Below are positions 62,901 to 64,000 of a DNA stretch of 64,000 nt, piece after piece. Every line of letters begins with the position of its first letter. Within the stretch, counting starts at the first letter, position 1. Under the pieces are notes generated by a model. It was not told where the DNA came from. It worked only from the letters and a program-made list of their open reading frames with translations, and searched no databases. The DNA lies in assembly GCA_009602725.1 (NCBI GenBank), contig WELB01000016.1, positions 14,192 through 78,191 of the forward strand, written 5' to 3'. A program made the position numbers and the translations under genes. The DNA comes from Spirogloea muscicola. Taxonomy: Eukaryota.

Positions 62901-64000
62901 ACGTCTGCACTCTCGCGTGCGCCGACCTTGGCTAGCTTGTCACTCCCCTCAGACTCCTCTGTCCATACCCCAGAGGCTCCATAAAGTATCTCCTCAATCA
63001 CAAGAGCCGCACTTGCAGCTGCCCGCTGAGTGCTGCCGACCTCTCTGACTTCGCCTTTGAGGTGATCTGAAGGTGCAATGTCTAAGGCTGTCGCCAAGTT
63101 GCGAGGTTGGCCGCGAAGAGAAGTGGCGCAAGTCCTCAGAGTGCGCAGAAAAGGCTCCAAGAGTGCTGAGAGTGCACTTCCAGTCGACGCAGCTGTAAGC
63201 AGGGGGAACATCAACACGCAATAGAGGGCTCAGTGAGTGCATACTGAAGAAGCTCCAGCTTGAGCAACATCACACAAGCCCGCTGACGTTAAGACCAGCT
63301 GGAGCAGCTGCACAATCTTAACACAGCCATTTCGAGTCAGAAAAGCTCATACCTTGGCCACATATACTTCCTGCCACTCGGCACACATGAGCAAGTGCCA
63401 AATATAGCTCCTCATTCTCAAAATGGCGCAGCCTGGCACGTAACTGGGAGCTGTCCAGGTCTCTGCCTTGGAGAGCAGGGTTGCACTCAACTTCTCTATC
63501 TTGCAAAATGAAGCGCGAGGACAGGAGAGTAGGTGGACCAGATAGTGCCACTGCCGCAGTGGGGACTGACAAAGTATAAGTGGCGCGAGCATGAACAAGG
63601 ACTGAGGGTGCCGTGACATCGGCAATAAGGCTTGGGCGGGTGGAGAACTCGAACACCTGTGCCATGGCACTCGAGAATAGCTCCCCTATTGGCTGCACAA
63701 AAATGAAGAAGAGTCACATGTGTTGCGAGGTAAGATCTTGTTAAAAGGGTGACGAACAGGAGGCAAATTTTATGGCTGACTTCACAAATCAGAAGAAACG
63801 AGTATTGTGTACAACTATGACACAAACTCATCGACAGCTCTCAAGCTGGTCGTGCACGCACGTACTGAGGATTTGAAGAGCAAAGATGGAAGCTGGGCAG
63901 GTCCGGTGAGTTGCATGGCAGCAGCAAGGCATCGTGCATGTAAGATGGCTGTGGCTGGATGTGCCTTTGCCGAGACTTCTGGCAAATCCGCGACAAGTCT
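59954..64000 (-). CDS. TTI1: TELO2-interacting protein 1 homolog (TTT complex, HEAT/ARM), 3' part; continues beyond the window
   Basis: LLRGVAVFARALG, LYPVLDKLGD, ALHSICVNCGY, LVAANADYVVDSL...LRHL..YPRTP, RILPRIHLLWPHLV, GGDFVARRF and IDADTVWLLL. Confidence 0.85.

Overview
This is eukaryotic, intron-rich (GT-AG), gene-dense nuclear DNA from a green plant. Land-plant-like genes (ACS10/12-type aminotransferase, CDSP32, plant TOM7, gamma-CA) combined with very GC-rich, (CCG)n-laden gene starts suggest a streptophyte alga or other early-diverging streptophyte; this placement is inference. About 18 protein-coding genes can be assembled by hand: an alpha/beta-hydrolase lipase, DPE1, two GT31 galactosyltransferases flanking PIG-A, an ACS10/12-like aminotransferase, RPL6, three proteins of unknown function, RAB18/RabC, ALG14, a DUF4864-like protein, CDSP32, gamma-CA, TOM7, RPS30 and the 3' part of TTI1. 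No tRNA, rRNA or CRISPR array was recognised. The most striking non-genic feature lies in the gaps just upstream of genes. Seven such gaps contain scrambled 3'-end fragments of a restriction-like-endonuclease (RLE, CRE-like) non-LTR retrotransposon family with the C-terminal signature 'R.S.SLQR.QA.A.H..AGRA.A...LTRGY*', and/or copies of a conserved ~40-nt hairpin module (GGGCTGG-N-CCAGCCC...ATGGGCGAGCCC). None was noticed inside introns. A separate 26-nt motif is shared by three promoter-like regions. Exon boundaries are hand-derived. Single Ns (13117, 23280, 32955, 36562, 44899, 50078, 56630) probably mark assembly gaps and obscure several start codons.
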